NCBI RefSeq assembly: GCF_006345805.1
Contig: NC_043011.1
Coordinates: 58,850,464-58,914,463, forward strand
Length of the DNA: 64,000 nt
DNA from: Octopus sinensis
Lineage: Eukaryota
Direction of reading: 5' to 3'
Shown one piece after another: positions 39,791 through 52,736 of this stretch. The notes beneath the pieces were generated by a model. It searched no databases. It was not told the DNA's origin and saw only the letters and a list, made by a program, of their open reading frames with translations. Every line of letters begins with the position of its first letter. Position 1 is the first letter of the stretch. Position numbers and translations under genes: made by a program.

Positions 39791-40205
39791 GGCGCAGGAG
39801 TGGCTGTGTGGTAAGTAACTTTCTTGCCACTCATATGTTTCCGGGTTCAGTCTCACTGCGTGGCAGCGTGGACAAGTGTCTTCTATTATAGCCTCGAGCC
39901 GACCAAAGCCTTGTGAGTGGATTTGGTAGACGGAAACTGAAAGAAGCCCATCGTATATATGTATATATATGTATGTGTGTGTGTATATTTGTGTGTCTGT
40001 CTTTGTCCCACCCACCCCAACATCACTTGACAACCGATGCTGGTGTGTTTTCGTCCCCGTAACGTAGCGGTTCGGCAAAAGAGACCCATAAAATAAGTAC
40101 TAGGCTTACAAAGAATAAGTCCTGGGGTCGATTTACTCGACTAAAGGCGGTGCTCCAGCATGGCCACAGTAAAATGACTGAAACAAGTAAAATGAGTAAA
40201 AAAAA
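39791..40205 (+). mobile_element. tRNA-derived SINE family B, full length
   Basis: A box TGGCTGTGTGG, B box GGTTCAGTCTC, internal (TA/TG)n, 3' GAAACAAGTAAAATGAGTAAA. Confidence 0.9.
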
Positions 40206-40766
40206 GGGAGTATAGTTACAAACACATTTATAGATATACATACGCGAGCACACATACACAAACACACACACACACTTATGTATGCACATATGTATGAGTG
40301 TGTTTTTCTCTGTATGGATCTATACATGTGCATGCGTATGTATGCGGTGTCATTTGGCACTAATGTATTTGAATACGTTTGCTTCGAAGCCTCGTTAGTG
40401 TATATGTTTCTGAAGACTTTTAGCGATTGCGAACAAAATATCCGTTGTGTGAGAGAAATTCTTATGGAATGGTCACTTCAGATGTTTACCATTTTAGTTT
40501 TATTTGCTGCTGCTTTATGTTTTTGTGTCCCAATGCAAAGGTGTGCATTCCATTTGGCATAAGGATGTTAACTGAATAAGGTAAATAATGTTATAAAAAA
40601 GTTCTTCAATGTTTTCGAATTTATATCTGCAGTGGTTTTGAAAATATCTAATTAGTTTTACTCCAACGCTTTCTATTGCATTGCCATAAAGGTTTTCTTC
40701 CTATTGCATTCCTATAAAGGTTTGCTGCTGTATTCAATTAGGTTTCATGGTAAAGGATCTAATATA

Positions 40767-41136
40767 TCTCTCTATATATAAACGGCAGTTTGTCTGTGTG
40801 TGTTTCTGTGTGTCTGTTAGGTTGTACCCTCACCCTGACCACGGCTTTCAACCGATTCTGATGAAACTTGACACACACATAGCCCAATGTCATAATTCAA
40901 AACTAACGCAGCGAAAATTTTGAAAAGTTCCCCCAGTTCTGAAAAAAATCGATAAATTCGACATGGGGTCGAGAATCAGAAACACAAACCACAGACTGTC
41001 TAGGGGACGCAACTCGACCTTTTTAACTAAAAAAAATTTACCATCATTTTTTTTCCATTTTTTGCCTATAACTCACTAAAAATGCTTTATAGTTATTTCC
41101 CTTACAAACCCGAGCAACACCGGGCGATACTGCTAG
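40767..41136 (+). mobile_element. non-autonomous Helitron, family H1
   Basis: A|TC start; CCCGAGCAACACCGGG hairpin; CTAG|T end. Confidence 0.9.
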
Positions 41137-41614
41137 TATTCTATAAAATTCGCCGCACAGAATCATATGTATGCATGTGTTTGTGTGAGTGAGTATAGAT
41201 TTATAAATATGTGGATATGTGGATATATATGTGTGTATGTATGTATATGTGTGTGTGTGTGTCTGTGCGTGTGTTTGTGTGTGTATTGAATCATTTGCTT
41301 TGAGGAATATTCAATAGAAATCTTCTAAATTCAAAGAGCTTATTTGTGATCGCTAATGAAGTAAATAATATTAAAACAATAAATTATTACTCGTATATAA
41401 AAATAGAAGATAAGGACGGGACGAAAAAGAACCGTAATACGTGGGTGCAATAAAGCACTGAAAGAAAACATAACCGTATTTACAATCAGAAAACATACCC
41501 ACGATTTCTAAACGGTGCGCAATACTCCTCGTTATTCCATATGAAAGAAATTAAGAATCATTAATAAACATACTATAATTCAAATTTTGATAACACAATA
41601 TCTAATTATCCGAA

Positions 41615-42007
41615 GGCGGCGAGCTGGCAGAATCGTTAGCACGCCGGGCGAAATGTTTAGCAACATTTCGTCTGCCGCTACGTTCTGAATTCAAATTCCG
41701 CGGAGGTCGACCTTGCCTTTCATCCCTTCGGGGTCGATTACATAAGTACTAGTTACGTACTGGGGGCGATATAATCGACTTAATCCGTCTGTCTGTCCTT
41801 GTTTGTCTCCTCTGTGTTTAGCCCCTTGTGGGTAGTAAAGAAATAGGTATTTCTGCTGTCATTACGTTCTGAGTTCAAATTCCGCCGAGGTCGACATCGC
41901 CTTTCATTCTTTCGGGGTGTAAAAAATAAGTGCCATTTGCTATTGGAGTCAATCAACTAGTCCCCTCCCACATACGTTTGGGCCTTGTGAGTAGAGTAGA
42001 AAAAAAT
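41615..42007 (+). mobile_element. SINE family A, full copy followed by a 5'-truncated second copy
   Basis: GGCGGCGAGCTGGCAGAATCGTTAGC start; the body repeats from about 41845. Confidence 0.88.
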
Positions 42008-42477
42008 CTAAATAACCAAGGTTAATGTGCTTGACCAATAATATATTCCTCACAGAATATTTAAAATTCTCGCATGATGAACACAAAAAAGGAAAACCGG
42101 TAATATTTATTAGTACCCATCTACGACTTAATCTTGGTTCTTAAAGATATTAGTATTTGCAAATCCACATTCTTGATACTAACGGATAACATACAATGGT
42201 ACAATAACATTAAACTTTTCATTGATTTTCAAAATATATTTGATATATATAAAACCAATCTAATATACGATGTATTCGGTTTTAATTGAGATGACAACAA
42301 ACACGCATACACACACGTATATATACATGCCTGTATGTATCTCCAACTTTATTTTTATATCTAGTTTTATTTCAGTATCACTATGAAATTAAATAGCTTC
42401 GATTTTGTTATTATTTTTATTATTGTCAGTATCGTTAAAGTCGCCTTTATTCTGTTATTGCTATTGGTGTTGCAGCC

Positions 42478-42753
42478 TGGAAGGTGTTTGTAAGCCATTT
42501 AAGAAACACACAAAAGCCGTTCGATTCGCTTCAACATTTAAGTTTAATTTGTCAAAATATTTTCGTCGCTTTGAGACCTGTTTACTGACAAAAATCCGTG
42601 CTGCATCTGAGAAAGTAACAGTTAGTTCGTTATATATATGTACGTATGTATGTGTGTATGTATGTATACATGCATGTATGCATGCATGTATGTATGTTGA
42701 AGTGAATCGAACGGCTTTTGTGTGTTTCTTAAATGGTTTACAAACACCTTCCA
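42478..42753. mobile_element. 60-bp inverted repeat flanking a Penelope-like terminal fragment and a microsatellite
   Basis: 42478-42537 and 42694-42753 are reverse complements with 2 mismatches; the interior holds a hammerhead-like fold on the minus strand (42548-42592) and a (TATG)n tract. Confidence 0.7.
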
Positions 42754-43359
42754 CGCTGAAATTGTTTTCGTTCCAGCACACGATCTCAGATCAAATCACT
42801 TGCTATGCAAGTACATCTCCGCTATTGGTGTTGTTATAGTTAATATAATATTACTTTTGTAATTATTTTTGTACCTACTAGAACAATATGTATGGCCCGG
42901 GAATCTAGTTGACTGATTATTGGAGGGAAATAGACAGATATAGCTGAGGAAACTCAAAGAAATCCGACAGCGCTTGATCACATTCCATCTGAGCAAGCAT
43001 CGACATACAGCGATTGCTGAAAAATATTTAATTACATAGTTATTCTAAAGAATAATCGAATATAATGATACATAAATAATAAACTCAACAACTGAAAGCT
43101 GGTGTCCAGTGAATGAAAGAAATGTTTTGATATACAATCAAAGCCTGCTATTTTCCATCTCCATTGCATATCACTCTCTCTATCTCACTGTCTGTGTGTG
43201 TGTGTGTATGTGTATATATATATATATATATATTGTGTGTGCTTTCGTGTGTATTTATCTATATTAAAAGGAGAAAAATGTAAGCAATTTGTTTTATTGC
43301 GTAATTTTACAATTACAAATATATAACGGCTTTTCTGAAATGTATGGGCGGGGAACTAA

Positions 43360-43523
43360 TTGATTATGTCAATCGCAGTGTTTAACTGGTATTTAATTTA
43401 TCGATTTCGAAAGGATGAATGACAAAATCGACCTCGGCAGCATTTGAATTCATACCGTAACGAAGGGCGAAATGTCGCTAAGCATTTTCGTCCTGCGCGC
43501 TAACGATTCTGCCAGTTCGCCGC
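43360..43523 (-). mobile_element. SINE family A
   Basis: ends CTAACGATTCTGCCAGTTCGCCGC, the reverse complement of the family A head. Confidence 0.8.
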
Positions 43524-43904
43524 TTTATCATTACACATATATAATGAGATGAGAATTAATATTTGAGTTTTTGAACATTCAAAATCGTTTTAATTGATCT
43601 ATTAATTATTTATTACTGGAGAGTAAATGTATTCTAACACAGAAATTACTTAGTTGTATTTCTCTAAGAGAATCTCTAGATTTGTCTACCCGAGAGAGTG
43701 AGAGGATGAGTGGGGGTGGGTCTGCATTCAGTTCATACTTCAGTGGAAGATGGCGAAAATTCATAGACAACAATAACAAATTGCATAGTAGAGACGGTAT
43801 TAATACCATCAGAGGATGAACGGCTGTTAACAGACAGACGCTTCTTCAAACAGAAACACCGCTGATCTATTTAATCCCACGTTTGTGTATTTTATGTTTT
43901 ACCT

Positions 43905-44065
43905 GTTTCAGTAATTAGACCACGGCTATACTGTGGCACTGCCTTGAAGAGGTTTAGGTATTTATTATATTTCTGGCGATATATATTCTGTCGTTCATTT
44001 TTTTTTGCCGAACCATTTCTCTTGAGTACGTAAACACAGCAACACCGGTTATTAAGCGGTTATTA

Positions 44066-44110
<45 letters not shown>

Positions 44111-44262
44111 TATATATACACGTATACACGATGGGCTTCCTTCAGCTTCCGTCAATCAAATCCATTCAGAAGACTTTGGTCGGACTAAGGCTATATTTGA
44201 AGACACTTGCCCAAGTTGCCAAACAGTAAGACAGAACTCAAAACCACGTGCTTAGAAAGCTA
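43905..44262 (-). mobile_element. SINE family B
   Basis: GAAGACACTTGCCCAAG and GATGGGCTTCCTTCAGCTTCCGTC match the family B reverse complement; internal (CA)n. Confidence 0.75.
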
Positions 44263-44759
44263 TTCATTATTTAATCATCTTACCTTTATTTTTCCATCTC
44301 TTCGATTTAACATGTTTCTTAACCAGCTAATTTGAATTTCTGCTTAGTTACGTATTTATTTTTGCCGTTAATTATGATATGGAAATGAAGCGGTAACTAT
44401 ACACTCGACGAAGAAAGAATATATACTCCTCAAAGTTCATCGAACAAATTGATTCTAAACATAAACATGAGGAGTGTATATATTTGTGGTATTGGCATGT
44501 AACATATGGTTAGCGTATATTTGATAATAATATAGCAATATTCTTCTAATTAAATATCGATGAAACGATTGTCAAAGAATGTAATAAAAGGAATTGCTCA
44601 CTGAATGCTCTTTGTTAATTATATAAACTCTACAGATATTTATGGATGCTCAGATGCATAATAAATAAACTATCGATTTCCGTTTGTTACTAATGTCTGA
44701 CAGCCAGTACCGGTGGACGAACTTATTAAGTAAAGCAAACTCCAAGTTTAAAACCCGAA

Positions 44760-44844
44760 TAATTTATAATCACACGCACACGCACATACACACACATGTA
44801 CAAACACACACGTGTGCGCCCACACACGTATGTGTATATATAAG

Positions 44845-44933
<89 letters not shown>

Positions 44934-44965
44934 CGTGTGTGTGTATGTATGTATGTATGTGTGTC
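44760..44965. repeat. compound (CA)/(TA)/(TG)/(TATG) microsatellite
   Basis: read directly. Confidence 0.9.
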
Positions 44966-46369
44966 AGTGAAAGTGCGTGCGATTGTGTCTCTATTTCCAT
45001 ATATGAAGAATATATCTGCATATTCATTTATTTCCTAATTATTTAGTAATTTAAGTTGTTCGATCACTACCTATGCCGTGTACCTACCTTTAAATATTTT
45101 CAGTTGATCATATTGATTGCAATGTGTATTTCTATCTGATATTCCGGCTAAATAATGGCTAGAGCCTCCGTTTTTTTAGTTAACTCATAATTCTACATCT
45201 TCACCAATCTTTCCGTGACTTTTAGAACTATTAGGATTATTGGTAATCTTAGATTTATAAAATATATATCGTTCTAAACTCAGAACAAAACTTTGAGGGC
45301 GATTTAGGAAAATATTCTGAGCATTCTGCGATAAAAGCTATTGTAATTATTGTTTGGGTATGTGTCTGTGTGTACTTATTTATATGTGTATATATTTGTG
45401 TGCCTGTGTGCGTATGTGCATTACCTTTGCGATAACAGCGCCACAAACTCGTAAAGTTCAATCTTCCGTTTGATGTTATATTGAATAAAACGTGGCTGAA
45501 ATTAAAATTCTTGCCACGTAGAGACTACTGTTTTTAATATTAAATGTCTCGGTTTCCCTAGGGTTGATTATATCTGCCTTATAAACAGTAAATTGGAAAA
45601 TTGCAAAACTATTTCCAGTGGTTACACCAAAGAGTATTAATTCTAGTTTTAAAAAAAATATACTTTACAACCTTATCTTCATTATAGAAAATTTTCCCTT
45701 AATACCAGTTATGTAATTCACCAACATATATGCAATAACACCTATACAAGTGGAATCACAACAAGTTAGAAGAAAATTCGAACCTCAAGTCTTTATATTA
45801 TACAAAATATCGATTTTTATCATTAATTATTTTTTCTGTAATAAATTCTTCGGATTTTAATAAGCCTCTGAACACCCGTCGTGAGTATGCTGGTTTCCAT
45901 CTTGCTAATAATTCTATGATTCATATCACAGTTGTTTTACCGAAGATTTTTTCTGCCAGACACAGACTTTGTATGTGATGCCTATATTTTTTGATTTGTT
46001 TTATAAATAATCTTGCTAGAAGATGAAATATTTCTAATTATTTTCGGGAAACAACTATCATAAAATAAATGTTTTACTATCTATTAATTTCATTAAAAAC
46101 AAATATGAGAAAGTGTTTGAAAACAATAAAAAAATCTAGTTTGAACACAATATCTTATGAAGATCAAAATATGGCAATCAAATTAATAAAATCGTGAAAG
46201 GAAATGACAAAGAAATGAAAGTTATATAAAAAACTAAAATAAAACACTTGAGTTTAAAATTTCTTTTGTGAACTTTCACTTTCGTTTGCCACAATCAATC
46301 ATTTGTCTGGCATACCACTGCTCACTTAATCTATATATAATTCACACATGTATACTTGCACACATGAAG

Positions 46370-46570
<201 letters not shown>

Positions 46571-47895
46571 TGGGTGTGGATATGTTACAGAAACTCTCCT
46601 GGCAGTCTATGGCGTATCTCAGTTCATGCAATACTTAGATTAAATCATTTTATGTGATCAACAAAATGATTAAGAGAGATTAAATTATTTCAAATATATG
46701 GCCGTTCTTTTAAGGGGTGCAAATACAATTTAATTGGCATCAAAAGATATTCCATTTGAAACAAATATAATTAGTACCGCTATATTCCTTCTCCATGTCT
46801 GGTTTCCATGCACAGTGAAAATAACATTGCTTTTATTTCATCTCTAACTAACGACAGAGTGGGCCAATTATCCATTTCCATACTTCTGTCGAACTTTCAT
46901 TCTCTGTTGAACATTCGTAGAGTGAGGAATGGTTGGTTATAAACTGGTACCCTAGATAGCTGTTTTATAACTCCCAGTAACAATTAATTCAAGGCACCCG
47001 AAGCATTTAACAGTTTCGGTAACAAACTAAACCCGAATACAACAATAAACAAGTCGTTCTGTGTAAGGTCATATACAAACACGAACAAGTGTGGAGCATA
47101 TATGCATTCGTAAAAATCTGACGAAATTGATTTCAACGCCATCGACAACGACATTGTTTTATCTTTTATTCTAGAAATACAACAATTTACTTTGGAAGAG
47201 AACCGAGTCATTGTTGAAAAGTAAGAATGGTTCCAAACGAATGAGATGAGTTATATATCTTATTCTCTAGATGATCCCGCATTGCTTTATTGAATATTGC
47301 TTGCTATCTCTAGCATATGGCACAAACACATACAGCTGTTATACTGGATTCATGCTGTGTTGAATATACATACATGACGGTTGCTAAATTGTTAGATGAT
47401 CATGACCATCGCTGGCAGCTTTATATAAAACTGATTGTTCCTACAAACGTGAGACGGACAATGACACATAAAGCCAACGAAAGACTGACAGGGTTTCTGC
47501 AAAAACTGCAAAATAAACCCGTGTTATCGCCCTGACGGCTTCTCCCCGCTGGCGCAGGTTTATTATCGGTTTTCAAATTTGGCGTGATTCCGCAGCGCCG
47601 CTTGTAGACATGGTAGCATCCATCAGAGGTAACAGCGGATCTGCAATAACGAATACAGCATCAACTGTTGGCAGGTCGTCTAAGCCTTGGACTTCACAAA
47701 AATTATTTGATCAAACTCATACGAAAAAGACTGAAGAACATCTGATTACACTGTCTCTCATTTACAGGCAGCTGTTTTGCTGTTTGCCCAGTTTATTGTA
47801 TGCAATGAGGACAAGACCAAAACCTTAAGTCGCTACCATTACTATTTGTCATAAAGAACAATAATAATATACGTATGTGAATATACAAATTCAAT

Positions 47896-47944
<49 letters not shown>

Positions 47945-48279
47945 CACACACATAGGCACACATATGCATGTATATAAAATATATGTATCTTACTTTTACT
48001 GTTATCTGTTTCTGTCATTGAAGAGTCGCCATTCTAGAGCAATGCCTTGAATGATTTCGTCAAGAAAGTCGATCTCATTCCTTACTTTTTGAAGCTTGGA
48101 ATTTATTCTATCAACCACGTTCGCCGAACTGGTAATCTACGGGAACATAAATACAACCCATGCGTTGTATAGCGGTGTGGGAGACAGACACAATACATCC
48201 ACAGATATCTATCTATATATTTACATACATACACATACACACACACATATATATATTTATAAATATATATATATATATA

Positions 48280-48630
48280 CAAATTAGTAAATAAATGGCA
48301 CAACTAAGTACCGATATTTACTGGAAATAGCGAACGTAAAAATACGACGCTAATGTGTAGCTTCACCGCGTATGTATTAGCAAAAATGCGTGTGTGCAAC
48401 AAATTAGAGAAAAAAAAACCGTCTTACCTCCAGGGAGAACATCTGAAAGATGAAACACCCGGAAAAGGATAATGTGGTACCTGCAGGTTTCAGGTTTTAC
48501 AAGATATATCTCTCACTCATATTTTGTTTTACCTTCATCAGCCAAAGATATACCAAGACGAAATCTACGATGTTACCACATTAATACTAACACACTCGAC
48601 TGAAATGCAATACTTGTATTGCATTACTGA

Positions 48631-48681
<51 letters not shown>

Positions 48682-49062
48682 GTATATAGAGAGAGAGAAA
48701 GAAAGAGGAGAGACAAAGGGAGACAGACAGACATTCAAACAGAGAAACAGATATATCTGTTGTAAACTTGAAGCCAGATGCGGCTCCATCATTCAGTCAG
48801 AATGTTTGTTTTATTGCCTGTCTCCTACGTATGTATTCCGATTTTTGTCTCAGTTACGATTGTGATGTGGATGGGTTTCATTGACATACCTCTTAAATGC
48901 GACGCGCAGGTGTGAATGTGTGATAAGACGCTCGTTTCCCAACGACGGGATTCCGTGCCCAATCCCACAGCGTGACACCATCGACAAACGTCCACTAGTA
49001 TATCTTCAGGCCCACTAAAACCTTGTGAGTGGAATTGACAGGCGCAAACTGAAAGAAGGCCG

Positions 49063-49095
<33 letters not shown>

Positions 49096-49445
49096 AATTA
49101 GTAAATAAATGGCACAACTAAGTACCGATATTTACTGGAAATAGCGAACGTAAAAATACGACGCTAATGTGTAGCTTCACCGCGTATGTATTAGCAAAAA
49201 TGCGTGTGTGCAACAAATTAGAGAAAAAAAAACCGTCTTACCTCCAGGGAGAACATCTGAAAGATGAAACACCCGGAAAAGGATAATGTGGTACCTGCAG
49301 GTTTCAGGTTTTACAAGATATATCTCTCACTCATATTTTGTTTTACCTTCATCAGCCAAAGATATACCAAGACGAAATCTACGATGTTACCACATTAATA
49401 CTAACACACTCGACTGAAATGCAATACTTTGTATTGCATTACTGA

Positions 49446-49490
<45 letters not shown>

Positions 49491-49871
49491 GTATATAGAG
49501 AGAGAGAAAGAAAGAGGAGAGACAAAGGGAGACAGACAGACATTCAAACAGAGAAACAGATATATCTGTTGTAAACTTGAAGCCAGATGCGGCTCCATCA
49601 TTCAGTCAGAATGTTTGTTTTATTGCCTGTCTCCTACGTATGTATTCCGATTTTTGTCTCAGTTACGATTGTGATGTGGATGGGTTTCATTGACATACCT
49701 CTTAAATGCGACGCGCAGGTGTGAATGTGTGATAAGACGCTCGTTTCCCAACGACGGGATTCCGTGCCCAATCCCACAGCGTGACACCATCGACAAACGT
49801 CCACTAGTATATCTTCAGGCCCACTAAAACCTTGTGAGTGGAATTGACAGGCGCAAACTGAAAGAAGGCCG

Positions 49872-49873
<2 letters not shown>
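48280..49873 (+). repeat. near-identical tandem duplication of an approximately 0.8-kb unit bounded by (TA)n
   Basis: 48280-49064 vs 49094-49873; differences seen are a microsatellite length change and a 1-nt indel (CAATACTTGT vs CAATACTTTGT). Confidence 0.95.
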
Positions 49874-49913
<40 letters not shown>

Positions 49914-50320
49914 TTCCCAGTGCGTAACTGGTACTTAATTTATCGACCCGGAAAGGATGAAAGGCAAAGTCGACCTTGGCGGAATTTGAACTCAGGACGG
50001 AACGGCAGACGAAATACCGCTAAGCATTTCGCCCGACGTGCTAACGATTTTGCCAGCTCGCCGCCTAAAAACATACATATATCAGCGCTTGCATGCGTGT
50101 GTATGTCCTTCTGTATGAGTTTGCCCACCCAACCCCACCACTTCACAACCGGTGTAGGTGTTTTTTTTGCGTTAACTAGCGGTTCGTCAAAACAACCTGA
50201 AAGACCACGAAACAGGTTAAAGAATATAAGCAGCTGGCTTGATTCATTCGAATGAAAATTTGTCACGGTGGCGACCCAGCATGGCCGCCGTCTAGTGACT
50301 AGAACAAGTGTGAGACGTAA
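49713..50320 (+). mobile_element. SINE family B, interrupted in its internal (TA)n by a family A SINE
   Basis: head at 49713-49873, tail at 50070-50320; the head is also duplicated at 48903-49064. Confidence 0.75.
49914..50065 (-). mobile_element. SINE family A nested in SINE B
   Basis: ends GCCAGCTCGCCGCC. Confidence 0.88.
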
Positions 50321-50768
50321 GATACATACATTTTCCAAAGGGTTTGTATGTGCACACTGATTAATTTTTCTTAAGTCTTTCATACTATATTAAGCCTCCT
50401 TATAGATACCAAAAGGATATCTATAATTATTGAAAACTATTGAAAAGGTTGCAAGACAACGAAAATTTTAGGAGAATAAAAATAAGAAAAGAGTGGAAAT
50501 TTTCCCGGTGAGTGTGTTATATTATAAGGCACAAAAAGAAAATTACTCTCCCCAGACACAACAGAGTATGATTTAACACACGAACTCATATAAAGACTCT
50601 TGCAATCCAAATGCAAAAACGAAATATAATTATCTAAACACGTTATAATTGTCTTACTTCTGGAATGCTACAGTTTCGGCATAAAGGATTTTTGCTTCAT
50701 TTTATAAAGTGTTATCTTTCATGGATATGAAACCATGCTGCTAGAAATTCTAAGTTTTATTCTCTACA

Positions 50769-51064
50769 CTAGCAGTATCGCCCGGCGTTGCTCGGGTTTG
50801 TAAGGGAAATAACTATATAAGCATTTTAGAGAGTTACTTCCCTTGTATAATAGCAAAAGAATGCATTACAAATTGGGAAAAATGATGGTATTTTTTTTTT
50901 AATCGTAGACTCATCGTAGACGCGCGCTAATACCCAGAAGGGCTCGATATGGATCACGACTATAAGATACCCGCTTTTAATTAAACTGCACCGCAAAATG
51001 TGGGAGTAGTTAGGAATCTAAATCGTAGGAGACAGACACACAACTTCACTTTTATATATAACGA
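50769..51064 (-). mobile_element. non-autonomous Helitron, family H2
   Basis: A|CTAGCAGTATCGCCCGGCGTTGCTCGGG is the reverse complement of the 3' end; homologous to 36982-37375. Confidence 0.88.
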
Positions 51065-52360
51065 TATCATTAATGTGGGTACTATCGATTAAATGCTTTC
51101 ACACACATTTTCTTTGTAAACTCTAATATAATGCCCCAGTATCTTTGATGATATATTTAGTCGATTGCTTCATCTAACTTTAATCTAAGAAATAAAGGCT
51201 GATACGTATGGGTCCTTATGGCACATTTACGAAGAAAATTAAAATGAAAGCATGGACACAGACTTTCGTGACTTTTTAGTTTTAGAAAACGACACAGAAA
51301 ATATTGCAGACGCGTGAAAATTGGAAATATTCAAGCTTAATTTTGAATTTGTCTGGAATATAGATTACTTTCGTATCTAAATTTTTCAGTCTTACGCGTG
51401 ATTTTGTAAAACTATTTGTTGTTAGTGAACCGCATAGTAATCCATGTCTAGACTGAACAGCTGCAACGAGTATATGTTAACAGAATGCGATACAATTGGT
51501 GGTTCTGATACGGAAATTGACGTCTATTGTATCTCATAATAAAATCCTAAAGGATATCTCCATGTAGATCGAAAGTAAAGAGACGAAATTGTATAGAAAG
51601 CTATTATCATTAACTATAACACGTACATAATATAAATAATGGTTTTCGTCCTAATTATTCTCATTGGGATTAACTAGCATTTCTATCGTAGTATGGCACT
51701 GTTATCAGTATCATCACTTGCAAATATGACTGACAAGGAAACACTTATATGGTCATTAAACTGGTAGATATAACAAACACAATCGACTCCCATTCTAACT
51801 GTACCGTGTAAGTAAAAAGAGACTGCAGCGAAATCTATCTGAGATATTGGGAAAACGGAAATAATTGGAAAGATTTCGCTTCATAGACTTCAGCGATCTG
51901 GACTAGCATGAAGCTTAAGAAGAACAAACATTACTATGAAGAACAATATGATCATGATTGTTTCGGGTTTAGGAAATAGGCCTGAGTGTTTCGAGGGTGA
52001 GAATAGTCGATAGCATGATCCCCACTTCACTGTTAAACAAACAATCTACGAATAAATGGAAATCCTCAGGAACAGAATAAGGTGATATCGTTATTTCTAT
52101 GATTATCATCCCTTTGTTAAACAACTCACACGACCATGCCACTTCTAATAAAAACCCGTTATAAATGATATACATCTACCTCGAAACATCACGTTACAGA
52201 TTTCATGTCCGATGAGATATTCGTGATTTAGACAATAAAAAGAAATATAAAAAGCTGTTCTCTCTTAGTATTTACATACACACTGGATAAAATGACTCAT
52301 CTCAATATTTAGCTCAACATGTCTCTAGAATCATGTTTTTTCTTTTTCCTAAATGCCATA

Positions 52361-52736
52361 TCTTTATATAAAAAAGTGAAGTTGTGTGTCTGTCTCCTAC
52401 GATTTAGATTCCTAACTACTTCCACATTTTGCGGTGCAGTGTAACCAAAAGCGGGTATCTTATAGTCGTGATTCATATCGAGCCCTTCTGGGTATTAGCG
52501 CGCGTCTACGATGAGTCTACGATTTAAAAAAAAATTACCATAATTTTTTCCCATTTTTAATGCATCTTTTTTGCTATTATACAAGGGAAGTAACTCTCTA
52601 AAAATGTATTATTAAATCTCAGAACGTAAAAAGCTACAGTAACACCCCCCCCCTTTGTGGTTAGCCATATTGAGATGGCTATTATACTTTACATCTCTAA
52701 AAATGCTTATATAGTTATTTCCCTTACCACTGCTAG
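52361..52736 (+). mobile_element. non-autonomous Helitron, family H2 variant lacking the 3' hairpin
   Basis: A|TCTTTATATAAAAAAGTGAAG start; ends CCCTTACCACTGCTAG|T with the CCCG..CGGG hairpin missing. Confidence 0.85.

Noticed and set aside
48524-48865. 113-aa ORF repeated at 49429-49674
   Set aside because: It runs through microsatellites and is repeated only because of the tandem duplication.
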